Assembly (NCBI GenBank): GCA_023245145.1
Contig: JAHFKW010000002.1
Span: forward strand, 1-52,600
Length of the DNA stretch: 52,600 bases
From: Candidatus Staskawiczbacteria bacterium
Lineage (GTDB): Bacteria > Patescibacteriota > Minisyncoccia > Minisyncoccales > Staskawiczbacteraceae
Direction of reading: 5' to 3'
A program made the translations under genes and the position numbers. Shown piece after piece: positions 1-8,948 of the stretch (the stretch's first letter is position 1; the number at the start of each line of letters is the position of its first letter). The notes under the pieces are model-generated. The model made no database searches, was not told the DNA's origin, and was given only the letters and a program-made list of their open reading frames with translations.

Positions 1-576
1 AAGGCGCAAGCCGCTTTATGAATGGTCTGCGGTCTATCAGCTAGTTGGTGAGGTAATGGCTCACCAAGGCTATGACGGATAGGGGGCGTGAGAGCGCGAC
101 CCCCAAGAATGGCACTGCGACACGGGCCATACTCCTACGGGAGGCTGCAGTCGAGAATCTTCCGCAATGGACGAAAGTCTGACGGAGCGACATTTCGTGA
201 TGGATGAAGCCCTTCGGGGTGTAAACATCTTTTATCTGGGAAAAAGTTATTGATTGTACCAGATGAATAAGGGGATCCTAATTCTGTGCCAGCAGGAGCG
301 GTAATACAGAATCCCCGAGCGTTACCCGGATTTATTGGGCGTAAAGGGTTGGTAGGTGGTTTGGTAAGTTTGCGATTAAACCTCATCGGCTTAACCTTTG
401 AGCTGTTGCAAATACTGCTAGACTAAGAGGGCGTTAGAGGCAAACGGAACCGATGGAGTAGGGGTGAAATCCGTTGATATCATCGGGAACACCAAAAGCG
501 AAGGCAGTTTGCTGGGGCGACCCTGACACTGAACAACGAAAGCGTGGGGAGCAAAAAGGATTAACACCGTTGTGAC

Positions 577-720
577 GGAATTTCTAATTATTCTAATTGT
601 TCTAATTTCTAATCAAATTATAATTCTTGAATGTCTAATTTCTAAACGGTTTAGGAATTTTGGCATTAGGATTTGGTATTTGATTAGGTCAATTAGGTTA
701 ATTAGAATAATTAGAGATTT
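577..720. repeat. AT-rich periodic inverted repeat, (nnCTAATT)n..(AATTAGnn)n, in intron P1 loop
   Basis: CTAATT units followed by CTAATCAAAT, mirrored by ATTTGATTAG and AATTAG units. Confidence 0.85.
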
Positions 721-1198
721 ACGAACAATGGCCGGTAGGGTATACCGGAGATAGTCCCCAGGCGCAGTATTGTGTCCTGGAAAACTTGGCTGTATGCTGG
801 AAAATCCGTTGAAAAACGGACAATCAGCAGGCAACCTTAGTTTACTGAATGATGGGTTGGGTGACTCGTGATGAGACTGCTTGCCGGGGAGCTTAATCCC
901 GGAGGCGAGTTGCGCTAACTAACCCATAGCGAGTTCTTTGGAAAGTGCACTTCCAAGGAACTCGCTCCTATCATTCAGTAAATTAAGAGAGTCCTCAGAG
1001 ACTACACGCCGAGCATTGATGAATATGCGAGCCGAAGCCGAAAGGCATCCTCGCCATTTGCGAGGTCAGGAGGATTAGATACCCTCTTCGGCTCGCACCT
1101 TTTTATCGATGATGATATAGTCCGAACTATGCAGTAATGTATAGAGACGAGCAGAAATGCCTCGTCCACAAATTTAGGCATTAAGATTTCAAAATTAT

Positions 1199-1232
1199 TT
1201 AGAAATTAGAATAATTAGAAATTAGAAATTCC
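1199..1232. repeat. Half copy of AT-rich AATTAG repeat near intron 3' end
   Basis: TTAGAAATTAGAATAATTAGAAATTAGAAATTCC. Confidence 0.8.
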
Positions 1233-2194
1233 AAATTTGTAGCAACAAATTTGTAGATACCCTTGTAGTCCACGCTGTAAACGATGGATGCTGGCTATTG
1301 GCAGTGTCGACCCTGCCAGTGGCGAAGCTAACGCGTTAAGCATCCCGCCTGGGAAGTACGAACGCAAGTTTAAAACTCAAAGGAATAGACGGGGACTCAC
1401 ACAAGCAGTGGACCATGTGGCTTAATTCGACAACAAACGAAGAACCTTACCAGGACTAGAAACCCAACTGACCATTCTATGAAAGTAGAACTTCGCAAGA
1501 CAGTTGGGCAGGTGCTGCATGGTTGTCGTCAGTTCGTGTCTTGAGACGTACCGTTAATTCGGGTAACGAACGCAACCCTTGCTCTGTGTTTTACATGTCA
1601 CAGAGGACTGCCCGAGATAATTGGGAGGAAGGTGAGGATGACGCCAAATCAGCATGGCCCTTGATGTCCTGGGCTGCACACGTGGTACAATGGCCGGTAC
1701 AATGGGCCCGAACGCGCAAGCGGGAGGATAATCCCACCAAAGCCGGTCTCAGTTCGGATTGAGGGCTGAAACTCGCCCTCATGAAGCTGGAATTACTAGT
1801 AATCGCCAATCAGCTACGTGGCGATGAATACGTTCCTGAGTCTTGTACTCACCGCCCGTCAAGCCAAGCAAGCTGGGGATAGCCGAAGTTCCATGCAAAT
1901 GGGCCTAAGCTAGATTCAGTAAGAGGGGCTAAGTCGTAACAAGGCACGGGTAGCGGAAGCTGCTCGTGGATCATTTTTTTAAAAGTGTTGACTCTAGTTA
2001 AAGTCCAGAATTTAGATTTTAACTTTAAATGTTTTGCAGGTTTCTGGCTACGCCAGATCTCGCGCAGCGAGACATTTCAAAAACCAGCTATTTAAGACAG
2101 CTTTAAGAAACGAATACTTACCAAGAATAAACATTCCCGCCTAGCGGGTTTTGTTTTACCTTGAAATTTTAAGAATTTGTAGTAACATGGGCGT

Positions 2195-2647
2195 ATGGCT
2201 CAATATTTCACCAAAGAAGGCTTAAAAACCCTGAAAGATGAATTGAAGGAATTAAAGACGACTGAAATGAGGCGGATTGTTAAGTTGATTGCCGAGGCAG
2301 CCTCTTTTGGCGATTTAAAAGAAAATTCGGCTTACCACGAAGCTCGCAATTCCAAATCATTTTTGTTGGGCCGAATTGAACAACTTGAAAACGCCATCAA
2401 TGATGCAATAATTAAGGATAAGATTGAAGACGGAAAAATTCAGATTGGTTCAAGGGTTAAAATGCTGTTTGCAGGAAAAGAAGAAGAGTATCAGATCACA
2501 TCGCCAACCGAATCTGACATTTTAAAAAATAAAATTTCGTACCAATCGCCGTTTGGACAAAAACTGATGGGGAAAAAGGCGGGCGAAGAATTCAATTACG
2601 AAGCGGGGGCAAAAAAGGTTAAAATTAAGGTGCTCTTTATAAAATAA
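2195..2647 (+). CDS. greA: Transcription elongation factor GreA
   Basis: GDLKENSAYHEA and ISYQSPFG motifs. Confidence 0.95.
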   Translation: MAQYFTKEGLKTLKDELKELKTTEMRRIVKLIAEAASFGDLKENSAYHEARNSKSFLLGRIEQLENAINDAIIKDKIEDGKIQIGSRVKMLFAGKEEEYQITSPTESDILKNKISYQSPFGQKLMGKKAGEEFNYEAGAKKVKIKVLFIK

Positions 2648-2674
2648 AAACGCTTTTTAGGACGTTTTGCTGTG

Positions 2675-2745
2675 TGGACCCTGCGGGAGTCGAACCCGCC
2701 GCTCCTCATTGCAAATGAGGTGTGTTACCGATATACCAAGGGCCC
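2675..2745 (-). tRNA. tRNA-Ala(TGC)
   Basis: Minus-strand cloverleaf GGGCCCT..AGGGTCCA, anticodon arm CCTCA-TTTGCAA-TGAGG, G3:U70 Ala identity pair. Confidence 0.93.
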
Positions 2746-2788
2746 ATTAGTAGTTATAGTATTACAATTAACGAAAAATTTCAACATT

Positions 2789-3277
2789 ATGAAAAAACTG
2801 TATCTTATCATCGGGGGAATTGTAGTTTTGGCAATTGTGGGCTTCATTGCCAAAGGACTTATTTTTGGAGCGCTCACTGGGGGACATTATCAGCAAAATC
2901 TAAATGGCACGCAAACCTATTCAAATAATGAGGGTTCGGTAACGGTGGGAAATAATGCCAGCATGCCAAGCGAATGGCCTTCTGATGCGCCAAGTAATTT
3001 TGCCGGAGGCAGTATCGTATTTTCAGGAAATTCAAATCCGCAAACCGGAAAAAATGGAGCAGTGGTTTCCTACACAGTGAAAGGCGGAACGATTCAGGGT
3101 GTTTCTGATTATTACAAAGCTCAACTGACTGCCAATGGCTGGACACTTCAGGGTAATTACAATGTTGCGGGTCAGGGAGTTTTGGCTGCCCAAAAAGATG
3201 GCCGAACCTTTGGCGTGAGCATTTCCGACAGTGGTAATGGGAGCGTCACCGTCACTGCTGGCTTGGAGTTACAGTAA
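2789..3277 (+). CDS. Hypothetical exported/membrane-anchored protein
   Basis: ATG 2789 chosen because the upstream ORF extension overlaps the tRNA; MKK plus hydrophobic helix, Gly/Ser/Asn-rich beta domain. Confidence 0.8.
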   Translation: MKKLYLIIGGIVVLAIVGFIAKGLIFGALTGGHYQQNLNGTQTYSNNEGSVTVGNNASMPSEWPSDAPSNFAGGSIVFSGNSNPQTGKNGAVVSYTVKGGTIQGVSDYYKAQLTANGWTLQGNYNVAGQGVLAAQKDGRTFGVSISDSGNGSVTVTAGLELQ

Positions 3278-3283
3278 AATTAA

Positions 3284-3325
3284 AGAAAAAAGCCTGCTTC
3301 CTTTTTGGGGTAGCAGGCTTTTGTT
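3284..3325. terminator. Bidirectional intrinsic terminator
   Basis: A-tract, AAAAGCCTGCT..AGCAGGCTTTT, T-tract, between convergent genes. Confidence 0.85.
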
Positions 3326-3963
3326 TTAGCCTCCCAATGCAATGGTTGTGCCATTAGGAGAACTAAACGATGCGGGATTTTTTACGGGTAATTTCCCTCC
3401 AAAAATTGTTAGGAAAAGTGCGCGTTTGCCAGGATCATCTTTATTTGCCTTAAGATAACCCTCAACAATGCCATATCCAACGTCGTCGTAAATGGAATAG
3501 CTGTGCACAGTGTACAGAGGTCCATGCAGTAAATTTTTTATAACATCTTTCTGACTTAGGATGTCTCTTTGGAGCACGGCTGCACCTTTCCAGCGCATAT
3601 TCTTAGCTACGCCATCATCGACCCTCAATACACCGCCCCACATTTCCTTGAGGAGTTGAGGAAGTCTTTCGTTAGCGATTTTTCCGCCTCCTGTGTAATT
3701 TTTTCTTGTTGGCGCCAAGCTTCGTTTGGGTCTTTCTCTCTTTCCTTAAATACCGTAATTTGCCTGATTTTTTTAGGCTCAGTGGTGAGTGAAGTAAGGA
3801 AAGAGTTTGTCGCCATGCCCGCCGGAAAGGCTAATAGAGAAGTCAGAGCAAACACCAGCAGAGTTAGTTTGATACGTTCCCGTGCGATTAGTCGTCCGTT
3901 GTCTTTTTTGGGTTCGTCGATGGTGATTACGTTTCTCTGACTTACATCGGATGATTTTTTCAC
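3326..3963 (-). pseudogene. SD-led accessory gene split into two overlapping frames (3625-3963, 3326-3718)
   Basis: AAAGGAG-7nt-GTG start and N-terminal TM helix; the second frame continues with protein-like sequence but has no own SD. Promoter TTGGCT-18-TAAAAT at 4037-4066. Confidence 0.55.
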
Positions 3964-4085
3964 GGCGAGCTCCTTTGTTAAAGTGCCGGTTGACGCCAGT
4001 TCAATAGATCAAATTTACAATCGCTAAAGTTTAATTATTTTATCATACATTTGAAAAATCAGCCAATTTGTAATAGTATAATCAC

Positions 4086-5105
4086 ATGGCACTATCTATC
4101 GCAATCGTGGGGCTTCCAAACGTTGGTAAGTCCACGTTGTTTAAAACATTAACTAAAAAGGAAGTCTTGATTGCCAATTATCCTTTTGCCACGATTGACC
4201 CGAATGTGGGGGTGGTTTTGGTTCCTGATGAAAGAGTAGATAAGCTGGCTGAATTTTCCATTTCAGAGAAAAAGATTTATGCTACGGTGGAATTTGTGGA
4301 CATTGCCGGGTTGGTAAAAGGCGCCAGTGAAGGCGAGGGGTTGGGTAATAAATTTTTAGCCAATATTCGGGAAACCGATGCTATCGTCTATATTTTACGC
4401 GCCTTTAAAAATGATGACATTATCAACACGCAAAGTGACATTAATCCAATGCGTGACAAAGAAATTTTGGACGTGGAATTGATTTTAAAAGATTTGGAAA
4501 CGCTTCAAAAGTATAAAACCAAAGATGCTAAGGAAACTTCGGCGATAACCAAGGCCGTTAATTTTCTTAAACAACAGAAAGTGTTAGTTGAGCAATCTTG
4601 GAGTGAAGAAGAAAAATCAGTATTAAGAAATTTCCAATTGTTGACTCTCAAGCCAAGATTATATGTGTTAAACGGATCACGGGACGACTTGATAACTTTA
4701 CAACTTGATAACTTGACGAACTATCTTTTGATGAATATTGCGGAAGAATATGATTCAGCGGCGTTTACAAAAGAAGAAAGAATTGGGCTTGGGTTATCGG
4801 CGGAATCGGGGTTAGATATGTTAATTAAAAAATCGTATGAATTATTGGGTTTACAAACCTTTTTAACCACCGGGGAAACGGAAACGCGGGCGTGGACGAT
4901 TCATAAGGGCGACAAAGCTCCGCAGGCGGCAGGCGTAATTCATTCAGATTTTGAACAAAAGTTTGTGAAAGCGGAAGTAATTTTTTGGGAAGATTTGTTG
5001 AAAGTTGGTAACTATGCCAAAGCCCGCGAAACTGGATTAATCCGGACGGAAGGTAAGGAGTATGTGATAAAGGATGGAGATGTGGTTGAGTTTAAGCATG
5101 GGTAA
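4086..5105 (+). CDS. ychF: Redox-regulated ATPase YchF
   Basis: [36 protein letters not shown] domain AAGVIHSDF. Confidence 0.97.
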   Translation: MALSIAIVGLPNVGKSTLFKTLTKKEVLIANYPFATIDPNVGVVLVPDERVDKLAEFSISEKKIYATVEFVDIAGLVKGASEGEGLGNKFLANIRETDAIVYILRAFKNDDIINTQSDINPMRDKEILDVELILKDLETLQKYKTKDAKETSAITKAVNFLKQQKVLVEQSWSEEEKSVLRNFQLLTLKPRLYVLNGSRDDLITLQLDNLTNYLLMNIAEEYDSAAFTKEERIGLGLSAESGLDMLIKKSYELLGLQTFLTTGETETRAWTIHKGDKAPQAAGVIHSDFEQKFVKAEVIFWEDLLKVGNYAKARETGLIRTEGKEYVIKDGDVVEFKHG

Positions 5106-5172
5106 GAGGGTATAAATTTTGTAATAAAAAAATCCCGACGCTTGGTGGTCGGGATCTGGAGGGCTAGTTTTA

Positions 5173-5436
5173 TTATTGATTATCGAACTTTGCCCATTTT
5201 TTGACATTCTTTTTGTGTATTTGGCGTAGTCGTCGCCTTAGCGCGGCGGCTTCCTTGCGGGCTTCGGGTTGGGTTTCATAAGAAGAAGATGATTGCCATT
5301 TACCATTACCATCAAATATGGTAACCCCGAAACTCCAGCCACCTCCAGCCTGCTTCATGGGGCCGGGGTGGACTAAGACGTAGTGAGGTTCGATTCTGCG
5401 AGAAAGAGAATCCTGAACCATAATCGGCTTCAACAT
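5173..5436 (-). CDS. Small accessory protein, SD-led cassette
   Basis: GGAG-7nt-ATG; promoter TTGACA-17-TAGAGT (5485-5513); terminator ATCCCGAC..GTCGGGAT plus U-tract (5125-5155). Confidence 0.75.
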   Translation of the reverse strand: MLKPIMVQDSLSRRIEPHYVLVHPGPMKQAGGGWSFGVTIFDGNGKWQSSSSYETQPEARKEAAALRRRLRQIHKKNVKKWAKFDNQ

Positions 5437-5563
5437 GAATGGTCTCCAAAAAATATTGAGAATGGTGAGTACTGCTCTAATAATACTCTATTATATAATT
5501 CATAATCTGTCAAGTAAAATTTGAAATAAAAAATCCCACGGTGGCGAGTCGTGGGAAACTAGA

Positions 5564-5689
5564 CTAGTAGTGGAACAATCCGGCGCAGGCCATAACATCA
5601 GCAAAGACTTTACACGTCATAACCAGCGGTACCGTGACACAAAAATACTTCCACGCTAATCCAATACTTTCTTCATTGTAGCGATACAT
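5564..5689 (-). CDS. 41-aa accessory peptide (MYRYNEESIGLAWKYFCVTVPLVMTCKVFADVMACAGLFHY), SD-led cassette, not in ORF track
   Basis: AAGGAG-6nt-ATG; promoter TTGACA-17-TACTAT (5732-5760); terminator TCCCACG..CGTGGGA plus U-tract (5528-5556). Confidence 0.65.
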   Translation of the reverse strand: MYRYNEESIGLAWKYFCVTVPLVMTCKVFADVMACAGLFHY

Positions 5690-5761
5690 GATTTGCTCCT
5701 TGATAGAGAGGCAGGTTCAGGTGTTGAGGCTATAGTAGTATGAATCATTAAACTTGTCAAC

Positions 5762-6055
5762 ATGAAATTTGAGATAAAAAACTTACAAAGCAATATTAAT
5801 ATTATTATGCGACAGATTGGTTACCAACCAGCTTACTTCCAAGAGCCTGGGGAATTTAGTGTAGTTAAAAAAATAATGGGAAGTGACTACCCCAGATTTC
5901 ACTTATATATAAAAAATACAGGAAGTGATTTTAGCTTTAATCTTCACCTTGACCAGAAAAAACCTTCGTATGAAGGTGCAACGGGACATAGTGGAGATTA
6001 TGATGGAGAGGTAGTGGAAGGCGAGGCAGAGAGAATTCAGCAGTTATTAAAGTAA
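5762..6055 (+). CDS. Hypothetical protein
   Basis: 97-aa ORF with host-like codon use, YPRFHLY..LHLDQK; family not named. Confidence 0.75.
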   Translation: MKFEIKNLQSNINIIMRQIGYQPAYFQEPGEFSVVKKIMGSDYPRFHLYIKNTGSDFSFNLHLDQKKPSYEGATGHSGDYDGEVVEGEAERIQQLLK

Positions 6056-6099
6056 AAAAAGTGCGCACTTTGGTAGTGCGCTTATAGGAAAAATCACTG

Positions 6100-6318
6100 T
6101 CAAGGATTTATGGGAGTGATGGTCTCTGGATTAACCAGTCGCTCTTCGCTTGGATTTCGATTGTGAAACTTGATCCAATACTGTAGTTCTCCCGAAGCTG
6201 TCTTTGTCCACTCAGTCACTTTAGCTAGATCTCCGTTTCGCAGATCGTTGGGATCCTGAGATATATAAATTACAATCGTTCCAATCTTCAATCTCGTATT
6301 TGGATTTATCCCGTTCAT
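6100..6318 (-). CDS. Small accessory protein (possible SH3-like beta barrel), SD-led cassette
   Basis: AAGGGG before ATG 6318; promoter TTGACA-17-TATAGT (6358-6386); terminator GCGCACT..AGTGCGC plus U-tract (6054-6081). Confidence 0.72.
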   Translation of the reverse strand: MNGINPNTRLKIGTIVIYISQDPNDLRNGDLAKVTEWTKTASGELQYWIKFHNRNPSEERLVNPETITPINP

Positions 6319-6379
6319 GATGATTCCCCTTGTTTGTGAAAGTTGCTGAACAAATAAACTATAGTCTATAAATCTCAAT

Positions 6380-7030
6380 ATGTCAATAAAAATACTCTAC
6401 GAAGACAATCACATTATTGCGGTTGAAAAACCCGCAGGTGTTTTGAGTCAGGGAGACCGGTCGGGGCAAACCAGCATGTTTGGTTTGGTGAAAAAGTATT
6501 TAAAAGAGAAATATAAAAAACCGGGAAATGTGTTTTTGGGAATTGTGCATCGTTTAGATCGGCCGGTTTCTGGGATTTTATTGTTTGCTAAAACCAGCAA
6601 AGGTGCATCAAGATTATCCGAGCAATTCAGAAACAAGACGATTGAAAAAACGTATCACGCGTTGGTAGTTGGAAAACCGCCGAAAAATAGGGGAGTACTG
6701 GTGAATGTGATTGGCAAGGACGAAAAATTATTGAAGGCTAAAGAATATGGTGATGGGAAAGAGGCCGTGTTGCATTACGAATTGGTGAAAAGTAATGGGA
6801 AATATTCTTTACTGAAAATACAAATTCAAGGTGGGCAGTTTCATCAAATTCGGGTGCAACTTTCTTTGGCGGGGATGCCAATTGTGGGGGATGTAAAATA
6901 TAAAGGTGAAGCATGGAGTTTTGGAGAAGCAATTGCATTATGCGCCACGGGAATTTCATTCATACAAGCCACTGTGGATAAACGGGTTGACTTGTCTATT
7001 GCTATTCCATTTGAATTGGGGGATAATTAG
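6380..7030 (+). CDS. RluA-family pseudouridine synthase
   Basis: ILYED, KPAG, HRLD catalytic motif, HQIRVQL, PIVGD. Confidence 0.95.
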   Translation: MSIKILYEDNHIIAVEKPAGVLSQGDRSGQTSMFGLVKKYLKEKYKKPGNVFLGIVHRLDRPVSGILLFAKTSKGASRLSEQFRNKTIEKTYHALVVGKPPKNRGVLVNVIGKDEKLLKAKEYGDGKEAVLHYELVKSNGKYSLLKIQIQGGQFHQIRVQLSLAGMPIVGDVKYKGEAWSFGEAIALCATGISFIQATVDKRVDLSIAIPFELGDN

Positions 7031-7045
7031 AGAATATTCATTAAA

Positions 7046-7140
7046 ATTTCTAATTATACTAATTAACCTAATTATACTAATTAACCTAATTAATCTAATC
7101 AAATATTAATGATTAGAAATTAGAACAATTAGAATAATTT
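7046..7140. repeat. Intergenic copy of AT-rich CTAATT/AATTAG inverted repeat
   Basis: 9-nt period (TATACTAAT/TAACCTAAT), CTAATCAAAT..TGATTAG centre, as in the rRNA copies. Confidence 0.85.
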
Positions 7141-7147
7141 TAAAGCT

Positions 7148-7837
7148 ATGCTTTACAGTGATTGGTCGTTTGATATCATCCAACCGGTGGTGCAAGCATG
7201 TATTATGTTTGTGCTTAGCCTATTGTTGGCGGTCGTGGTGTTTGTAATTGGTTATTTAATTTCCGTGGCGATTGGCAGAATCGTTACTGAAATTTTAAAA
7301 GCCTTGAAATTTAATACGCTTTTTGCAAAAGAGGGTTGGGACAAGGCTTTAAAAACCGCTAATATTACCGTGCATCCGTCGGAATTTATCGGTGCGATTG
7401 TAAAGTGGGTGTTTGTGATTGTGTCGTTGTTGGTATCGGTGGATATTTTGGGGTTGGCGCAGTTTGGAGGAATTTTAACGCAGGTGTTGGATTATTTACC
7501 AAACGTAATTGTGGCCGCATTAATTTTTGTGGTGGCGGTGATTATTTCTGATATCATTGAAAAAATTATTCGCGTGGCGGTAGAAAGAATGAGGGTGGGG
7601 TATGGACATATTGCTTCCATGATTATTACCTGGGCTATTTGGATTTTTACTACTTTTTTAATTTTAGAACAGCTTTTGCCTAATAGTATTTTGATTCAAA
7701 CACTATACATGGCGATGGTGTATGGAATTGTTGGGGCGTTGGCGCTGGGAATTGCCATTGCTATTGGACTTGGTGGCAAAGAAACCGCCGGAGAAATTAT
7801 TTCAGAAATGTGGAAGAAAATTGAACATAAAAGTTAA
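7148..7837 (+). CDS. Multi-pass membrane protein, CmpX/MscS TM-helix type
   Basis: Several TM helices, YLPNVIVAALI, IAIGLGGK. Confidence 0.75.
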   Translation: MLYSDWSFDIIQPVVQACIMFVLSLLLAVVVFVIGYLISVAIGRIVTEILKALKFNTLFAKEGWDKALKTANITVHPSEFIGAIVKWVFVIVSLLVSVDILGLAQFGGILTQVLDYLPNVIVAALIFVVAVIISDIIEKIIRVAVERMRVGYGHIASMIITWAIWIFTTFLILEQLLPNSILIQTLYMAMVYGIVGALALGIAIAIGLGGKETAGEIISEMWKKIEHKS

Positions 7838-7851
7838 TTTTTTTGGATTAA

Positions 7852-7877
7852 AGGGCCCCGCTAAGCGGGGCCCTTTT
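7852..7877 (+). terminator. Intrinsic terminator
   Basis: GGGCCCCGC-TAA-GCGGGGCCC-TTTT. Confidence 0.85.
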
Positions 7878-7887
7878 GCATTACCTA

Positions 7888-7916
7888 TTGACATACAATT
7901 ATAAATAGAATAAACT
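7888..7916 (+). promoter_or_regulatory. sigma70 promoter for 23S-5S transcript
   Basis: TTGACA-17-TAAACT upstream of the 23S leader. Confidence 0.7.
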
Positions 7917-8948
7917 GGCTAGTAATGATGAATCAAATAAAAACCACAACAAAAAGCGGATAATTCTTTACCCATTTTTTAGGTTTTAGAAACCCGCTGC
8001 CAAGCGGTTTTTCATTTCATCAGCGAACCTTGTCAATTTTACCCTTATTAAAATATGCTCAAAAGGCATATACTTTTATTTGGTAAAGCAAATAAAAATA
8101 AGGTCTCTTAATCCATTTTAAGATGGGTCTTATTGGATTAAGAAAAGGTAACAAAAGCATATTCGCTGATAAATCTTTCACCAGATTTATTAGCATCACA
8201 AGTTCATACGATACATAAAATCTGTATCTATTACTTACGCATACGATCCCGCTTTGCGGGATCATTAAAAAATAGGTTATAAGCGAATGGTGGATGCCTT
8301 GGGATATTACAGTGATGAAAGACGTGGCGTGCCTGCGATAAGCGTCGGGGAGGTGGCTAGCAACCTTTGATCCGGCGATTTCTGAATGGGGAAACCCTAT
8401 TGTGTGAATAACGCAATAATCTGTGCCGTAAGGCATGGAAGCTAACCCACTGAAGTGAAACATCTCAGTAAGTGGAGGAACATAAAACAATGTCTCGCGC
8501 AAGCGAGACGCATTCCCTTAGTAGTGGCGAGCGAAAAGGGAGCAGTCTAAACCAGAATTTATTCTGGGGTTGTAAGGGTTTAACGTCGGGGGCATTACTG
8601 TGCTCTGCACAGAATATTGAAATATTTAAACATTTAAATATTCCGCGCAGGGCGCGGTAATGAATTCCGAGGGAGAACAAAAAGGTAAGTTATTAAAAGA
8701 AGCACCCTGGAAAGGGGCACCATAGAGGGTAATAGTCCCGTACTCTAAAATAATATTACGCTCCTTGTTAAGTTTCTTAAGTACTGTCGGGAATGATAAC
8801 CTGGCAGGAAGCAGGCCGAACTATCGGCCAAGACTAAATATGTAATATCACCGATAGTGAACCAGTACCGTGAGGGAAAGGTGAAAAGTAGGGGGATGAC
8901 CCCGGTGAAATAGAACCTGAAACCATTTGCTTACAAAGAGTCGGAGCG

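Larger units (their letters stand above)
562..1253 (+). ncRNA. Group I intron at 16S position 788 (E. coli numbering), no homing endonuclease ORF
   Basis: 5' exon ends in U (GGAT561) and the intron ends in G1253; removal restores GGATTAGATACCC. Core elements: P3 CTTGGC(785)/GCCGAG(1008), P4 TGCTG(795)/CAGCA(825), R TCAGAGACTAC(995), S GATATAGTCC(1114). IGS GTCC (754-757) pairs with exon GGAT with a G-U at the splice site. Confidence 0.92.
1..1976 (+). rRNA. rrs: 16S rRNA, 5' end outside window, interrupted by intron 562-1253
   Basis: Universal motifs: ACTCCTACGGGAGGCTGCAG (131), GTGCCAGCA..GCGGTAA (286), GGAT|TAGATACCC split by intron, AAACTCAAAGGAAT, AAGTCGTAACAAGG (1931), GGATCA (1968-1973). 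Exact 3' end approximate. Confidence 0.98.

Noticed and set aside
135-1809. ORFs overlapping 16S and its intron (135-386, 572-754, 613-834, 1523-1762, 1591-1809)
   Set aside because: Shadow ORFs of rRNA or translations of the CTAATT repeat; no LAGLIDADG, GIY-YIG or HNH motifs, so no intron-encoded endonuclease.
2032-2080. Double hairpin after 16S as tRNA or ncRNA
   Set aside because: No cloverleaf; more likely a small palindromic repeat or part of the processing region.
2672-2788. N-terminal extensions in the ORF track (2672, 42103, 43425, 29928, 32491, 37729, 6378, 36092)
   Set aside because: They overlap tRNAs, neighbouring genes or promoters; downstream ATGs fit homology or signals better.
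5125-6386. Cassettes as integron gene cassettes
   Set aside because: No recurring attC (RYYYAAC..GTTRRRY) structure; units have their own promoters and are dispersed; the recombinase at 51775 looks Xer-like.
7046-7140. AT-rich repeats as a CRISPR array
   Set aside because: Units are 7-9 nt with no unique spacers; no repeat-spacer array was seen anywhere in the window.
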